From positions 1 through 36,671 of the forward strand of contig DTXA01000509.1 of NCBI GenBank assembly GCA_012962735.1: 36,671 nucleotides of DNA. The letters run 5' to 3'. This DNA is from Candidatus Latescibacterota bacterium (GTDB taxonomy: Bacteria; Latescibacterota; 4484-107; B68-G9). The notes under the pieces were generated by a model. It was not told where the DNA came from, ran no database searches, and was given only the letters and a program-made list of their open reading frames with translations. Both the position numbers and the translations under genes were made by a program. This document shows, in pieces, positions 1 to 10,898 of the stretch (its first letter is position 1; each line of letters starts with the position of its first letter).

Positions 1-236
1 AGGTTAGCCCTGGGATTGCGCCTCCCGGTGAAGTCGAAGTCCCCCCGGACCGGTTCGTGCACGCTCCAGGGGATGTAAGAGGCCACCATGGCCATCTCGG
101 CTCCCCTGAAGAGGCGTCCCAAAATGTCGTCCCACCACCGGGGGTCCACCCTCCAGTAGTGGAACTCCCCGCATATGGGAAGCACCTTACTCCCGTCTAT
201 CCGGATGCCGTCCCTGCCGATTTGTACTCTCGACAT
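1..236 (-). CDS. Glycoside hydrolase family 35-like protein (beta-galactosidase / exo-beta-glucosaminidase type), N-terminal part; runs off the window edge
   Basis: Not in the ORF track. Manual translation from ATG at 236 gives MSRVQIGRDGIRIDGSKVLPICGEFHYWRVDPRWWDDILGRLFRGAEMAMVASYIPWSVHEPVRGDFDFTGRRNPRANL, with GH35 motifs GEFHYxR and YxPWxxHEP..G.FDF.G. A GGAGG RBS lies upstream. Confidence 0.8.
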   Translation of the reverse strand, partial: MSRVQIGRDGIRIDGSKVLPICGEFHYWRVDPRWWDDILGRLFRGAEMAMVASYIPWSVHEPVRGDFDFTGRRNPRAN

Positions 237-282
237 CGCTTCCTCCCGTTCTTCAGTTCGCTCGGGCTTCCTGAGAAACGAG

Positions 283-311
283 AATATACCCTCTTTTTCA
301 TCCCCTGTCAA
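283..311 (-). promoter_or_regulatory. sigma70-type promoter for the GH35-like gene
   Basis: Minus strand reads TTGACA-17 nt-TATATT, about 47 nt upstream of the ATG at 236. Confidence 0.7.
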
Positions 312-554
312 GCTCAGTCCTCTCGGGGGAAACATCGGAAGGTTAGGGAAAATCCTCGACAGGGGAGAAGGAATATCTCTATCTTTCGGACTGGTGTTTC
401 AACTCCGACAACGACAGAGCCATATAGAGAGGGACCATGTCAACCACTTCTTAGCCTAAATATTTGATACTTTTAATAACTCATCCTCCAAAATTAATAA
501 TAACCGTAGATGCGTTCTAAAACTTCTGTCTCCACAGAATCCACGGCAGGGCAA

Positions 555-896
555 TTAGACCCAAGCACAGAGCATCGCCTCCTTCGGAAACTTACCGGCA
601 GACTCTCGTACCAACCTTCCGATAGGACTGTATATCTTTATGTGTACCTCTACCTCTTCCGAGCACTTCATTCCCACCAATACCATCCCCCCGTCCGGAA
701 GCATAGCCCCCGACTGTCCAACCTTGTAAGGAGATATCAGCTCCCATACTTTAGAATGTGGAAAGCACGGCCTTCCCGGCAAGCACGAACCCCCATCGGA
801 CAAAGAAGCCATATAGTTGGCATAGGTGATACAGAATGTCTCTTCCGACGCCTCTCCAGGAAGATCTTTCCCAAAATATATCCTCAACCCCTCCAT
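555..896 (-). CDS. Hypothetical protein or degenerate gene remnant
   Basis: 113-aa ORF in a lower-GC intergenic stretch. The segment EVHIKIYSPIGRLVRE resembles FlgD-Ig/C-terminal sorting-domain motifs. No convincing RBS. Confidence 0.25.
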   Translation of the reverse strand: MEGLRIYFGKDLPGEASEETFCITYANYMASLSDGGSCLPGRPCFPHSKVWELISPYKVGQSGAMLPDGGMVLVGMKCSEEVEVHIKIYSPIGRLVRESAGKFPKEAMLCAWV

Positions 897-1025
897 ATGT
901 CAAGGGCGCCTGTGTCGTAACGACGTCTCTGCCAATAAGGCATATCCCCAAGGCTACAGCATCACTCCTGCTTACCGATGGACCATCGTAAAACACAGGC
1001 CGGCCTCCTGTCCCCCAGCCCAACA

Positions 1026-1041
1026 TGGCACGGGACTTGCT
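1026..1041 (+). promoter_or_regulatory. sigma54 (RpoN) -24/-12 promoter of clpB
   Basis: TGGCACG-GGAC-TTGCT matches the consensus TGGCACG-N4-TTGC(A/T) exactly, about 45 nt before the clpB start. Confidence 0.75.
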
Positions 1042-1085
1042 TACATAAATTGTGCATACCACAATCCGATAAAGAGGTGATGAAT

Positions 1086-3704
<2,619 letters not shown>

Positions 3705-3719
3705 ACTTTGATGCAAAGA

Positions 3720-3751
3720 TAAGGGGCAGTGCGAGGATGCACTGCCCCTTA
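3720..3751. terminator. Hairpin between convergent genes (probable bidirectional terminator)
   Basis: TAAGGGGCAGTGC-GAGGAT-GCACTGCCCCTTA, a perfect 13-bp stem between the clpB stop (3704) and the stop of the convergent gene (3764). U-tracts are weak. Confidence 0.7.
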
Positions 3752-3763
3752 ATTACACGACCT

Positions 3764-4174
3764 TCAAGGCCCTCCGATTACTTCGTACTCTATGGCCCCT
3801 GCGCTTCCGAACCCGATCGATTTTATCCACACGGTCATATTCCCGTTCACGGTCAGTTCGACTTCCACGGATGGCTGTATCCTTCCCGTGGGGTCTCCTC
3901 CGTACCCCACGGCCTTCTGGGAGGTGAGGGTGACGGTCACCTTGGTCCCCGCCTTGAGCACCTCCTGCGACACATCTTTGACCTCGCCCGGCTCCACCAC
4001 GGATTCGACCTCCCTCAGGTCCTCGGTCACGCATCTCACGTTGAAGGCCACATCCGTGCTGTTTCGCACGTATATCCTCCCATCCTCCGCAATCCGAGGC
4101 CCGGCACCGCCCCCTCCGCAGGCGAGGAACCATAGGAACGCACACAGAAACCCGAGTGAACGCAACTTAAACAT
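3764..4174 (-). CDS. Hypothetical lipoprotein (beta-rich, possibly Ig-like)
   Basis: Signal peptide MFKLRSLGFLCAFLWFLAC with lipobox FLA-C followed by a Gly linker; GGAGGTG RBS. Confidence 0.8.
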   Translation of the reverse strand: MFKLRSLGFLCAFLWFLACGGGGAGPRIAEDGRIYVRNSTDVAFNVRCVTEDLREVESVVEPGEVKDVSQEVLKAGTKVTVTLTSQKAVGYGGDPTGRIQPSVEVELTVNGNMTVWIKSIGFGSAGAIEYEVIGGP

Positions 4175-4213
4175 ATTACATCACCTCCCTGTGGCTACGT
4201 CCGGGAGAACACT

Positions 4214-6127
4214 TCACTCATTGTACGTGTGCCCCAGGGCCCTCTCCTTCTCAAAGGCCCCCTGAAGCCTCCTGTAGTTCCTCCTGAGCCTCTGTAGCTC
4301 TTTGAGCTTCACATCCGGGTCCTCTAACGCCTGGTAAAGGACCCCTCCCTCCGCATCTCTGGGGACAGGGAGCTCTGCCAGGTAGCATATCGTGGGCACG
4401 ATGTCCTCCAGCCTCACCGTCCTCTCCAACACCACACCTTTCTTCACCCCCGGCCCCGCCATCACGAAGAGCCCCCTGAGGTCCCCCAACCCGAACCTGG
4501 CAGCGGGCAGGTGCGGTCCGTGCTGCCCGCCGAAATCTGAGGTTATGGCGTACACCACGTCTCCCACTCTATCCCCGTATAACCCTATGATCCTAGCATC
4601 CTCCCGCTTGAGGGCGAGAGCTATGGGCTTCTTGCCGGTCTCGGTGTCTGTGTAATCGTACAGGGCCTTTATCACCGCCTCCCGCACCTCCTCGTATTCC
4701 TCCGGCTCAACTATCCCCTGCGGGTCCCTACCCTTCAGATTCACGTAGATGTAGCAGGAGCGCTGCTGCACCGCCTTGGTGCGGGACCAGTCCACAACCC
4801 GTTCCCCGTCCTCGGCTTCCCTGTAAGCCAAAAGCCCAGCCGCCTCCAGAACATCCGCCACACGGAACGTATAGGTAGTGGCCTTGGCCCCGTGGTCAGA
4901 GACCAGGATCACCAGGACGTCCTCCCCGCCAGCCTCCAGAATCCGGCCTATCATCCGATCAAGGCTCCTGTAGAAGCCCAACTCCACCTCCTGATAGAAC
5001 CTGGCCTCCTCTTCGCTTCCAGCTGTGAGGGGGTCCATCTTGGTGGCGAAGGCGTGGTAAGCGTGGTCCGGGCAGTGGGCGTGCATGAAGAATAGGTCCC
5101 AATCCTTGTGCCCGAGGAGGTACACAGCCGCATCCGCAAGCCAGACGTGAGCGAGGTCCACGATCTCCAAAAACGTCCCAGCATCGACCCACTCCAAGTT
5201 CAGCGCCTGGAAGCCTCCGTGGGGCATGGGTAGCCCGCCCTCGGACCTTATCTCCCCGGCCACCTCCTCGGGATAGGACCAACCGTCTAAGGCGCAGAGA
5301 GGGGAGACATAGAGACGAAGCGAGGACCCGTCCGGGGATAGCTCCAGCAGCTTACACCTGAAGACCGCCTCCTTCCTCCCCTCGGACGTCTCGAAGACCT
5401 GAACGATGTTCGGTGTCCACTCCCCAGGCCCGAGCCGGGCGAACGCCTTCCCGGCGTCCCTCCCCTCGCAGAGCAAGACCCTCCCGAAACCGTCCCCCTC
5501 GTCCAGGGCGAGAAGGTGCCATGTTCGGGGCTCTACCTCGTATCTGGCCATCCGATACATCAGCGACAGCTCCGACTCCAGCGCCCTCCGACATGGGGGC
5601 ATGTTCCTCCACCCCTGAGCGGACCTGAATTCTATCGTCGTGGCTAAGGGGTACTCATCGGTCGCAAACAACTGCTCCGCGGCCAAAGTGCACCTGAAGG
5701 GAGAAGGCTCCCTGTACCTCCACTCGTTGATGCTCAGTCCCGCCCCCCCGATCTGCACCCCTTCCCTGATCGTGGGCGGCCAGGTGGAGGGGTAGTTGAG
5801 GATTATGCTTCTCCTTCCAGCACGCTCGGCCGCCTGCCAGATATACTCGGCCCTGCAATCCGTCGTATCGAACCCTTGGTGCGTCAGGTCTAAGGGGTCC
5901 CCGGGGTTGTGCACATTAAAGCAGGTGATCCCGTGGGTCCCGAGCGAGGCCCCGGTCACTATGGTGGTCCAGTTCGGGGGCGTTATGGTCGGGAACGGCA
6001 CCAGGCAGTGCTCTGCGTATACCCCGTTCTCTATCAGCCTGGCTATGGCCGGCAGATGCCCCTCCCTGGCGTATCGGTATAGCCTGGGAGCTATAGGGGC
6101 GTCCAGTCCTATCACCATCACCTTCAT
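4214..6127 (-). CDS. Alkaline phosphatase superfamily, type I phosphodiesterase/nucleotide pyrophosphatase-like protein
   Basis: VIGLDA, PTITPPNWTTIVTG..HGI (Thr nucleophile), DHAYH, SDHG and late H motifs; no signal peptide; AGGAGG RBS. Confidence 0.85.
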   Translation of the reverse strand: MKVMVIGLDAPIAPRLYRYAREGHLPAIARLIENGVYAEHCLVPFPTITPPNWTTIVTGASLGTHGITCFNVHNPGDPLDLTHQGFDTTDCRAEYIWQAAERAGRRSIILNYPSTWPPTIREGVQIGGAGLSINEWRYREPSPFRCTLAAEQLFATDEYPLATTIEFRSAQGWRNMPPCRRALESELSLMYRMARYEVEPRTWHLLALDEGDGFGRVLLCEGRDAGKAFARLGPGEWTPNIVQVFETSEGRKEAVFRCKLLELSPDGSSLRLYVSPLCALDGWSYPEEVAGEIRSEGGLPMPHGGFQALNLEWVDAGTFLEIVDLAHVWLADAAVYLLGHKDWDLFFMHAHCPDHAYHAFATKMDPLTAGSEEEARFYQEVELGFYRSLDRMIGRILEAGGEDVLVILVSDHGAKATTYTFRVADVLEAAGLLAYREAEDGERVVDWSRTKAVQQRSCYIYVNLKGRDPQGIVEPEEYEEVREAVIKALYDYTDTETGKKPIALALKREDARIIGLYGDRVGDVVYAITSDFGGQHGPHLPAARFGLGDLRGLFVMAGPGVKKGVVLERTVRLEDIVPTICYLAELPVPRDAEGGVLYQALEDPDVKLKELQRLRRNYRRLQGAFEKERALGHTYNE

Positions 6128-6142
6128 CGTCCGCCTCCTGGC

Positions 6143-6961
6143 TTAGAAAAATCGTTTAAGGTAATGTAGGCTCCTTTGTGCTATCGTCTCCGGTCCCGGG
6201 GAGAAATCGAACACCTCCACAGAAACGTACCCCTCGTACCCGACCTCCCGCAGGGTATCTGCTATCGGCCCGAAGTCCACCTTCCCCATTCCAGGTCCGA
6301 GGCAGTTTGCGTCGTTTGCGTGGACGTGTCTGAGGTGGGGGGCGACACTCCGGATAACCTCTGGCACTTCCTCCTTCTCCCCGAACCAGGCGCTGCGCAC
6401 GTCCACCATGATCTGGAGGTTGGGATGGGCTATATCCTGCACCAGCCGCATCGCCTCCTCCGTATCGGTCAGGAAATTGGTCTGATGCGGGTCCAGGGCC
6501 TCCAAGCACAGCGTAACCCTCAGGGCTTCGGCCTCTGGGAGGACCGCCTGGAGCACCTCCAACGTGCGCCTGTACGTGTCCCTGTAGGTTTGTCCCTCCA
6601 AGATGTTCCTCTGCTTGGGGGAGCCCACCACCATAACCCTCCCACCTAAGTCCCCGCAGAACTCTACCAGACGCAAGAGGTAATCCTGAGTGCGCAGGCG
6701 TATCGAATCGTCCGGATGGTTTATGTAAAGCCCTTCGGGCTTCACGAACAGCCAATGCAGACCCACGACCTCCACACCTGCCTCCTCCGCCGCCCTCCTC
6801 ATCTTCCACCTCTGGCTTTGAGTTATATCCTCCACCGAACCCGCCAGGGTGAACGGAGCTATCTCCACCCCATCGTACCCGAGCTCCGCAGCGTACCGGA
6901 ACACCCGCTCTATCTCCCACCCCTGGAACATCTCGTTGCATATCCCGAGTTTGATCGCCAT
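6143..6961 (-). CDS. Sugar phosphate isomerase/epimerase (xylose-isomerase-like TIM barrel; ketose 3-epimerase/IolI-like)
   Basis: GYDGVEIAP, CLEAL, MVD, HVHAND, GPGMG.VDF and VSVEVF metal-ligand pattern. Start trimmed to MAIKLGICNEMF after a G-rich RBS. Confidence 0.85.
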   Translation of the reverse strand: MAIKLGICNEMFQGWEIERVFRYAAELGYDGVEIAPFTLAGSVEDITQSQRWKMRRAAEEAGVEVVGLHWLFVKPEGLYINHPDDSIRLRTQDYLLRLVEFCGDLGGRVMVVGSPKQRNILEGQTYRDTYRRTLEVLQAVLPEAEALRVTLCLEALDPHQTNFLTDTEEAMRLVQDIAHPNLQIMVDVRSAWFGEKEEVPEVIRSVAPHLRHVHANDANCLGPGMGKVDFGPIADTLREVGYEGYVSVEVFDFSPGPETIAQRSLHYLKRFF

Positions 6962-6972
6962 CTCCCCCCCTT

Positions 6973-9915
6973 TCAAAGTCCACCTAAGGCATCGATTCGG
7001 CGCTGCACTGCCCGCCTCAGCGGCCCCTCCACCCTGCGGGAGGCCAGGCGGTAGCACTGAAGTGCCTGGGAGAGGTCCCCCTGCCTTTCGTGCACCAGCC
7101 CCAGATAGTACAACACCGCCGGGGACTCCGGCTTGAGTGCCCTGGCCCGCTCTAAGGTTTCACGGGCCTTCCCGTACCGCCCCTCCGTATAATATAGGCT
7201 CCCTAAGTTGAAGTAAACTTCGAACTTACCCGGGTCCACCTCCAGCGCCCTCCGATAGGCCTCCTCCGCCTCCTTCCTCTTCCCCATCCGGGCGTACACA
7301 TTCCCCAAGTTCACCCATACCCGCACGTCCTTCGGATTAACCTCCAAGGACCTACGGTACGCCCGGACCGCTTCCCTGTATCGGCCCGCCCGTTCGTATA
7401 CCAACCCCACCCTCGCATAGGTATACGGCGATGTGTACGCGCCTTCACCCAGCTCGGCCATAAAACTCCTGGAATCCTTGTCCTCCGGCCAGAGCTCTAA
7501 AGCCCTCCTGTACGCCTCCACTGCCTCCTCGGGCATCCCCCCTCTACGGAAGATATTCCCCCGTATGCGCCAGGCCAAAGCCTCCAATGCCGCTCTGAGC
7601 TTGACCTCTTCCCCCGAGGACATCCCCACCACATAGGGCAGGGGCGACCCCCTGGCCTGGGCCACCGCGAACAGATTTGGCAGGCCCGCCCCCACCCCCC
7701 GCTGTCGGGGCTCCGAGAAGCTTATGTAGGGATGGTCGTCCGAGTTGATGGGCCCCTCTCCCACGAACGCCCTCACCTCCCTCTCACCCATCACCAGAGA
7801 GCTTACCAGCGCTACCGGGTCCTCGAGGTTCACCGAACTCAAGTCCTCCCGCACCACAGGTTCCTCCATACGGGCCTTCAACCTCACGAAGTCCACCCTC
7901 AAGGGGTCTGTCGTCCCCATCATCAAGGTATACTCGTTAAAGAGCCACAGGCTCGTGTGTGGAAAGACCGAGAGGAAAGTGCGCAGGAGAATCCGGTAGT
8001 CGAACTCCGAGAGCCCGTGCAAGGGGAGCCACTGGACCATAATCCCCCCCTCCTTCAGGCGCTCCAGGCAAAGCTCGTAGAACTCCCTTGTGTAAAGCAC
8101 CCAACTGTCGCTCGAGCCCGGGTGCGTGGCGTCTCCCGTTATCACATCGTACCTCCTCCCGCTCCGCAGCAGATAGTTCCTACCGTCGTCTACGATCAGC
8201 CTCACCGGGGCCTCACCCCGAGCCATCCGACCCAGAATCCCCTGGTTATACTCCGAGAACAAGTTCGCTGCCTCCACCACTCCCGGGACGATCTCCACGC
8301 ACTCGATCAGCTCCGCCTCGTACAGGGCCGCCGATCCCAAAGCGATCCCCCCTCCGAAGGCGATCACGAGGACTTCCCTGGGGTCCGGGTGCAGCAGGAG
8401 GGGAAGGTGCCCCAGCATCTTAAAGGTCTGGAGGGAGGCCAGGTCGGTGGGCACCTCTCCACCGCCGTTCACCTTCATCAACATCCTTCCGTCCGGGAAC
8501 TTATGCACTGTCACGGTCCCGGCCGCCTCGTCCCTCCAGAAGACCAGCTCGCTCCCCGGTTCCGACCTTTCGTACAGCCTCCTGATTGCATCCTCGTATG
8601 GACCCAGGATTCCTACTGAGGCCACAGCCACGACCCCCCCCACCAGTCCCCAACGCACCGGTGCCCTTATGTGGCTCCAGGCTAAAAGGCTCGCCCCCAA
8701 ACCCAAATTCCCCAAGGCCAGGGCCCGAACTGTCCCCCCAGCCCCCAAGAGGGGCATCAGCACAAACCCGGTCCCCGCTGCCCCCAACACCGCCCCCACG
8801 GTGTTGGCCGCATACGCGGTCCCCACCCCGCGACCCACCCCTCCTAAGCGCAGGGTGCAGATCCTCGCAACAACCGGCAGAACCCCTCCCAAAAGGAACG
8901 TCGGAAACAGCATTAAAGCGAAGGTGGCTAAGAATCGCCCCCCCGAGTACTCCCACCAAGACCCCCCCCCGACGGCCTGGACCACCTCCGGGAGCACACC
9001 GAACAGGAAGACCGAGCACAGCCCGAACGCGCCCACCCCCACCTCTAAGGCCCCGAAGGCCGCTACCGGGTCCCGCCACCTGTCCGCCCACCTCCCGAAG
9101 GCGGCTCCCCCCAAGGCCAGCCCCACCAGAAAGGCCGAAAGCATCGTCCCGAAGGCATAGGCCGTGTTGCTCTTCAGGGAGATCCCCAAAAGCCTCGTCC
9201 ACACCACCTCGTAGCCTAGGGCCGCGAACCCCGAAACCCCGAAGGCCACCAATACGGGGAAGACCTGAGAGGATATACCCCGCACGGGCTCCGGCCTCCA
9301 GGCCGGCACCTCCTCCATCTCAACGCTCAAAGCGAACGCAGCTCCACCCACCAACAGATTCACCGAGGCAGCTATGTACAGGGTCTCCCATACCCCCAGG
9401 TTCCCCATCGCGAAGAAGGTCGCAGCGAAACATCCTGCCACCGCTCCGGCGGTGTTCAAAGCATAAAGCCTCCCCACCCCCCATCCCACCTCCCCCCTGC
9501 TCCGTACCAGAAACTGGCTCACCGCCGGCAGCGTCCCCCCCATCAGCACAGTGGGGAAGGCTAAAAGCCCTAAACAGAGCCCGAACCGGGTGGCCAGGCT
9601 TCCCCCCCAGGCCGAATACACCTGCTCCACCAACCCCAAAAGGACCGGGAAGGCCAAGGCGAACGCGCCCACCCCCAACTCCAAGTACGCATACAGCCGT
9701 AGAGGGTTCCGATGTCGGTCCGCGAGCCTCCCGAAGAGGTAGCTCCCCAAGGCCATCCCACCCATAAAGGCCGAGAGCACAGTGCTGGCCGCCCACACCG
9801 TGGCCCCGAAGGCCACCACCAACATCCTCGTCCACACCACCTGGTACGCCAGCCCGCACGCCCCGGAGAGGAAGAAAAGCCCCGGCACCGACCACCTTAC
9901 TGTCTGCTCCCTCAT
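6973..9915 (-). CDS. Fused multi-pass membrane domain / spermidine synthase-like SAM-binding domain with C-terminal TPR repeats
   Basis: FFLSGACGLAYQVVWTRML and GVSGFAALGYEVVWTRLL repeats, VLVIAFGGG, DDGRNYL..YDVITGD, LYTREFY and QWLP motifs, then about 4-5 TPRs. Start MREQT at 9915 overlaps the upstream stop (ATGA). Confidence 0.88.
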   Translation of the reverse strand: MREQTVRWSVPGLFFLSGACGLAYQVVWTRMLVVAFGATVWAASTVLSAFMGGMALGSYLFGRLADRHRNPLRLYAYLELGVGAFALAFPVLLGLVEQVYSAWGGSLATRFGLCLGLLAFPTVLMGGTLPAVSQFLVRSRGEVGWGVGRLYALNTAGAVAGCFAATFFAMGNLGVWETLYIAASVNLLVGGAAFALSVEMEEVPAWRPEPVRGISSQVFPVLVAFGVSGFAALGYEVVWTRLLGISLKSNTAYAFGTMLSAFLVGLALGGAAFGRWADRWRDPVAAFGALEVGVGAFGLCSVFLFGVLPEVVQAVGGGSWWEYSGGRFLATFALMLFPTFLLGGVLPVVARICTLRLGGVGRGVGTAYAANTVGAVLGAAGTGFVLMPLLGAGGTVRALALGNLGLGASLLAWSHIRAPVRWGLVGGVVAVASVGILGPYEDAIRRLYERSEPGSELVFWRDEAAGTVTVHKFPDGRMLMKVNGGGEVPTDLASLQTFKMLGHLPLLLHPDPREVLVIAFGGGIALGSAALYEAELIECVEIVPGVVEAANLFSEYNQGILGRMARGEAPVRLIVDDGRNYLLRSGRRYDVITGDATHPGSSDSWVLYTREFYELCLERLKEGGIMVQWLPLHGLSEFDYRILLRTFLSVFPHTSLWLFNEYTLMMGTTDPLRVDFVRLKARMEEPVVREDLSSVNLEDPVALVSSLVMGEREVRAFVGEGPINSDDHPYISFSEPRQRGVGAGLPNLFAVAQARGSPLPYVVGMSSGEEVKLRAALEALAWRIRGNIFRRGGMPEEAVEAYRRALELWPEDKDSRSFMAELGEGAYTSPYTYARVGLVYERAGRYREAVRAYRRSLEVNPKDVRVWVNLGNVYARMGKRKEAEEAYRRALEVDPGKFEVYFNLGSLYYTEGRYGKARETLERARALKPESPAVLYYLGLVHERQGDLSQALQCYRLASRRVEGPLRRAVQRRIDALGGL

Positions 9916-10898
9916 ACGGGCCCCATCGTGGTTATGACCTCGAAGCGCCCCTCGAGCCTTAGCTTCCGAAGGTCCCGGCAGGGCCGCAGCTCCCCCTCCT
10001 CCAGGGAGAACACCCGCAGCCTCTCCACCCGGACCTCCCCCAGCCCCCACTCCAAGGCGGCCCTAAGGTAAACGATATCCTCCGGAGCGAAGCCCATCAG
10101 GAAGCTGGCCACAGCATCCACTGCGACGGGATTCCTCCCGGCTATTGCCAGCCCGGCCGGGATGTTCCGCCCCCTGTGGAAGCCGGTCCCGTCCCGCCCC
10201 ACCACCCCCTCCACTACGTTAAGGGAGGGACGCACGACGGAGTTCAGGTCGCAAAGCCGCTCCGCCAGTCCCCACTGCCAGGCTATATGCTCCTGGGGGG
10301 TAAGCGACTCCCTGTCCCAGGCGGTCCGTGGCCATGACTGGCCGCAGAAGTTCCTCTCATGCGGCGCTACTGTACCCATCAAGTTCTTCATCGAAAGCGT
10401 CGTGATCGCAAGGTTGTGCGTCTTCATCTTGGGCACGTTGGCCAGGAACGTCCCTGGTCCGACAACTGTGCTGGCGATACCGATCTCCCGGAAGACCCGG
10501 CCTCCGGGCACCGGGAGCGTGACCATCCGGTCGCCCCGCAAGTTCACGAGCTGCACCCCCCAACGTCCAGCCAACTCCCGGTATCCCGACTCCTCCCAGG
10601 CCTGTTCGGGGTCACCTCCAGGGCCCTCGGCGATCGTCACGTCCTCGGGGGACACACCTACTTCCGAGAGGTAAGCCAGCATCCCCTCCACGAACCGATA
10701 GTGCGTCACGATCCCGGAGTCCGGCTCCGCGGGTACGGTCACGTTGGGCTTGAACACCATCTTCCTTCCCCCCGGGTGCACCCCCATCGCCTTCAGTAGG
10801 CGGTACCCCGCCTCCCAGAAGTCCTGCTCCTTTATTCGCCCGTCCAGGCCTACCCGGTACACGCACACCACATCCTCCGCCAGATAGGGTGTCCCCAT
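9912..10898 (-). CDS. DUF362 domain protein
   Basis: VFKPNV, GIVTH, IAEG, NVPKMKTH..T.SMKNLMG and NPVAVD motifs are typical of DUF362. GGAGG RBS; coupled to the upstream stop. Confidence 0.8.
   Translation of the reverse strand: MGTPYLAEDVVCVYRVGLDGRIKEQDFWEAGYRLLKAMGVHPGGRKMVFKPNVTVPAEPDSGIVTHYRFVEGMLAYLSEVGVSPEDVTIAEGPGGDPEQAWEESGYRELAGRWGVQLVNLRGDRMVTLPVPGGRVFREIGIASTVVGPGTFLANVPKMKTHNLAITTLSMKNLMGTVAPHERNFCGQSWPRTAWDRESLTPQEHIAWQWGLAERLCDLNSVVRPSLNVVEGVVGRDGTGFHRGRNIPAGLAIAGRNPVAVDAVASFLMGFAPEDIVYLRAALEWGLGEVRVERLRVFSLEEGELRPCRDLRKLRLEGRFEVITTMGPV

Noticed and set aside
421..443. Second TTGACA on the minus strand
   Set aside because: There is no -10 hexamer at 16-18 nt spacing.
457..469. 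IHF-consensus match (TATCAA-ATAT-TTA, minus strand)
   Set aside because: It is about 560 bp from the sigma54 promoter, too far for the usual enhancer-looping geometry, and such matches are expected by chance in AT-rich DNA.
978..1085. N-terminal extension of ClpB in the ORF track; similar extensions at 6962-7057, 9916-10050, 12200-12430 and 23228-23260
   Set aside because: The extensions overlap promoters or neighbouring genes, or lack an RBS; RBS position and family N-termini support the shorter starts.
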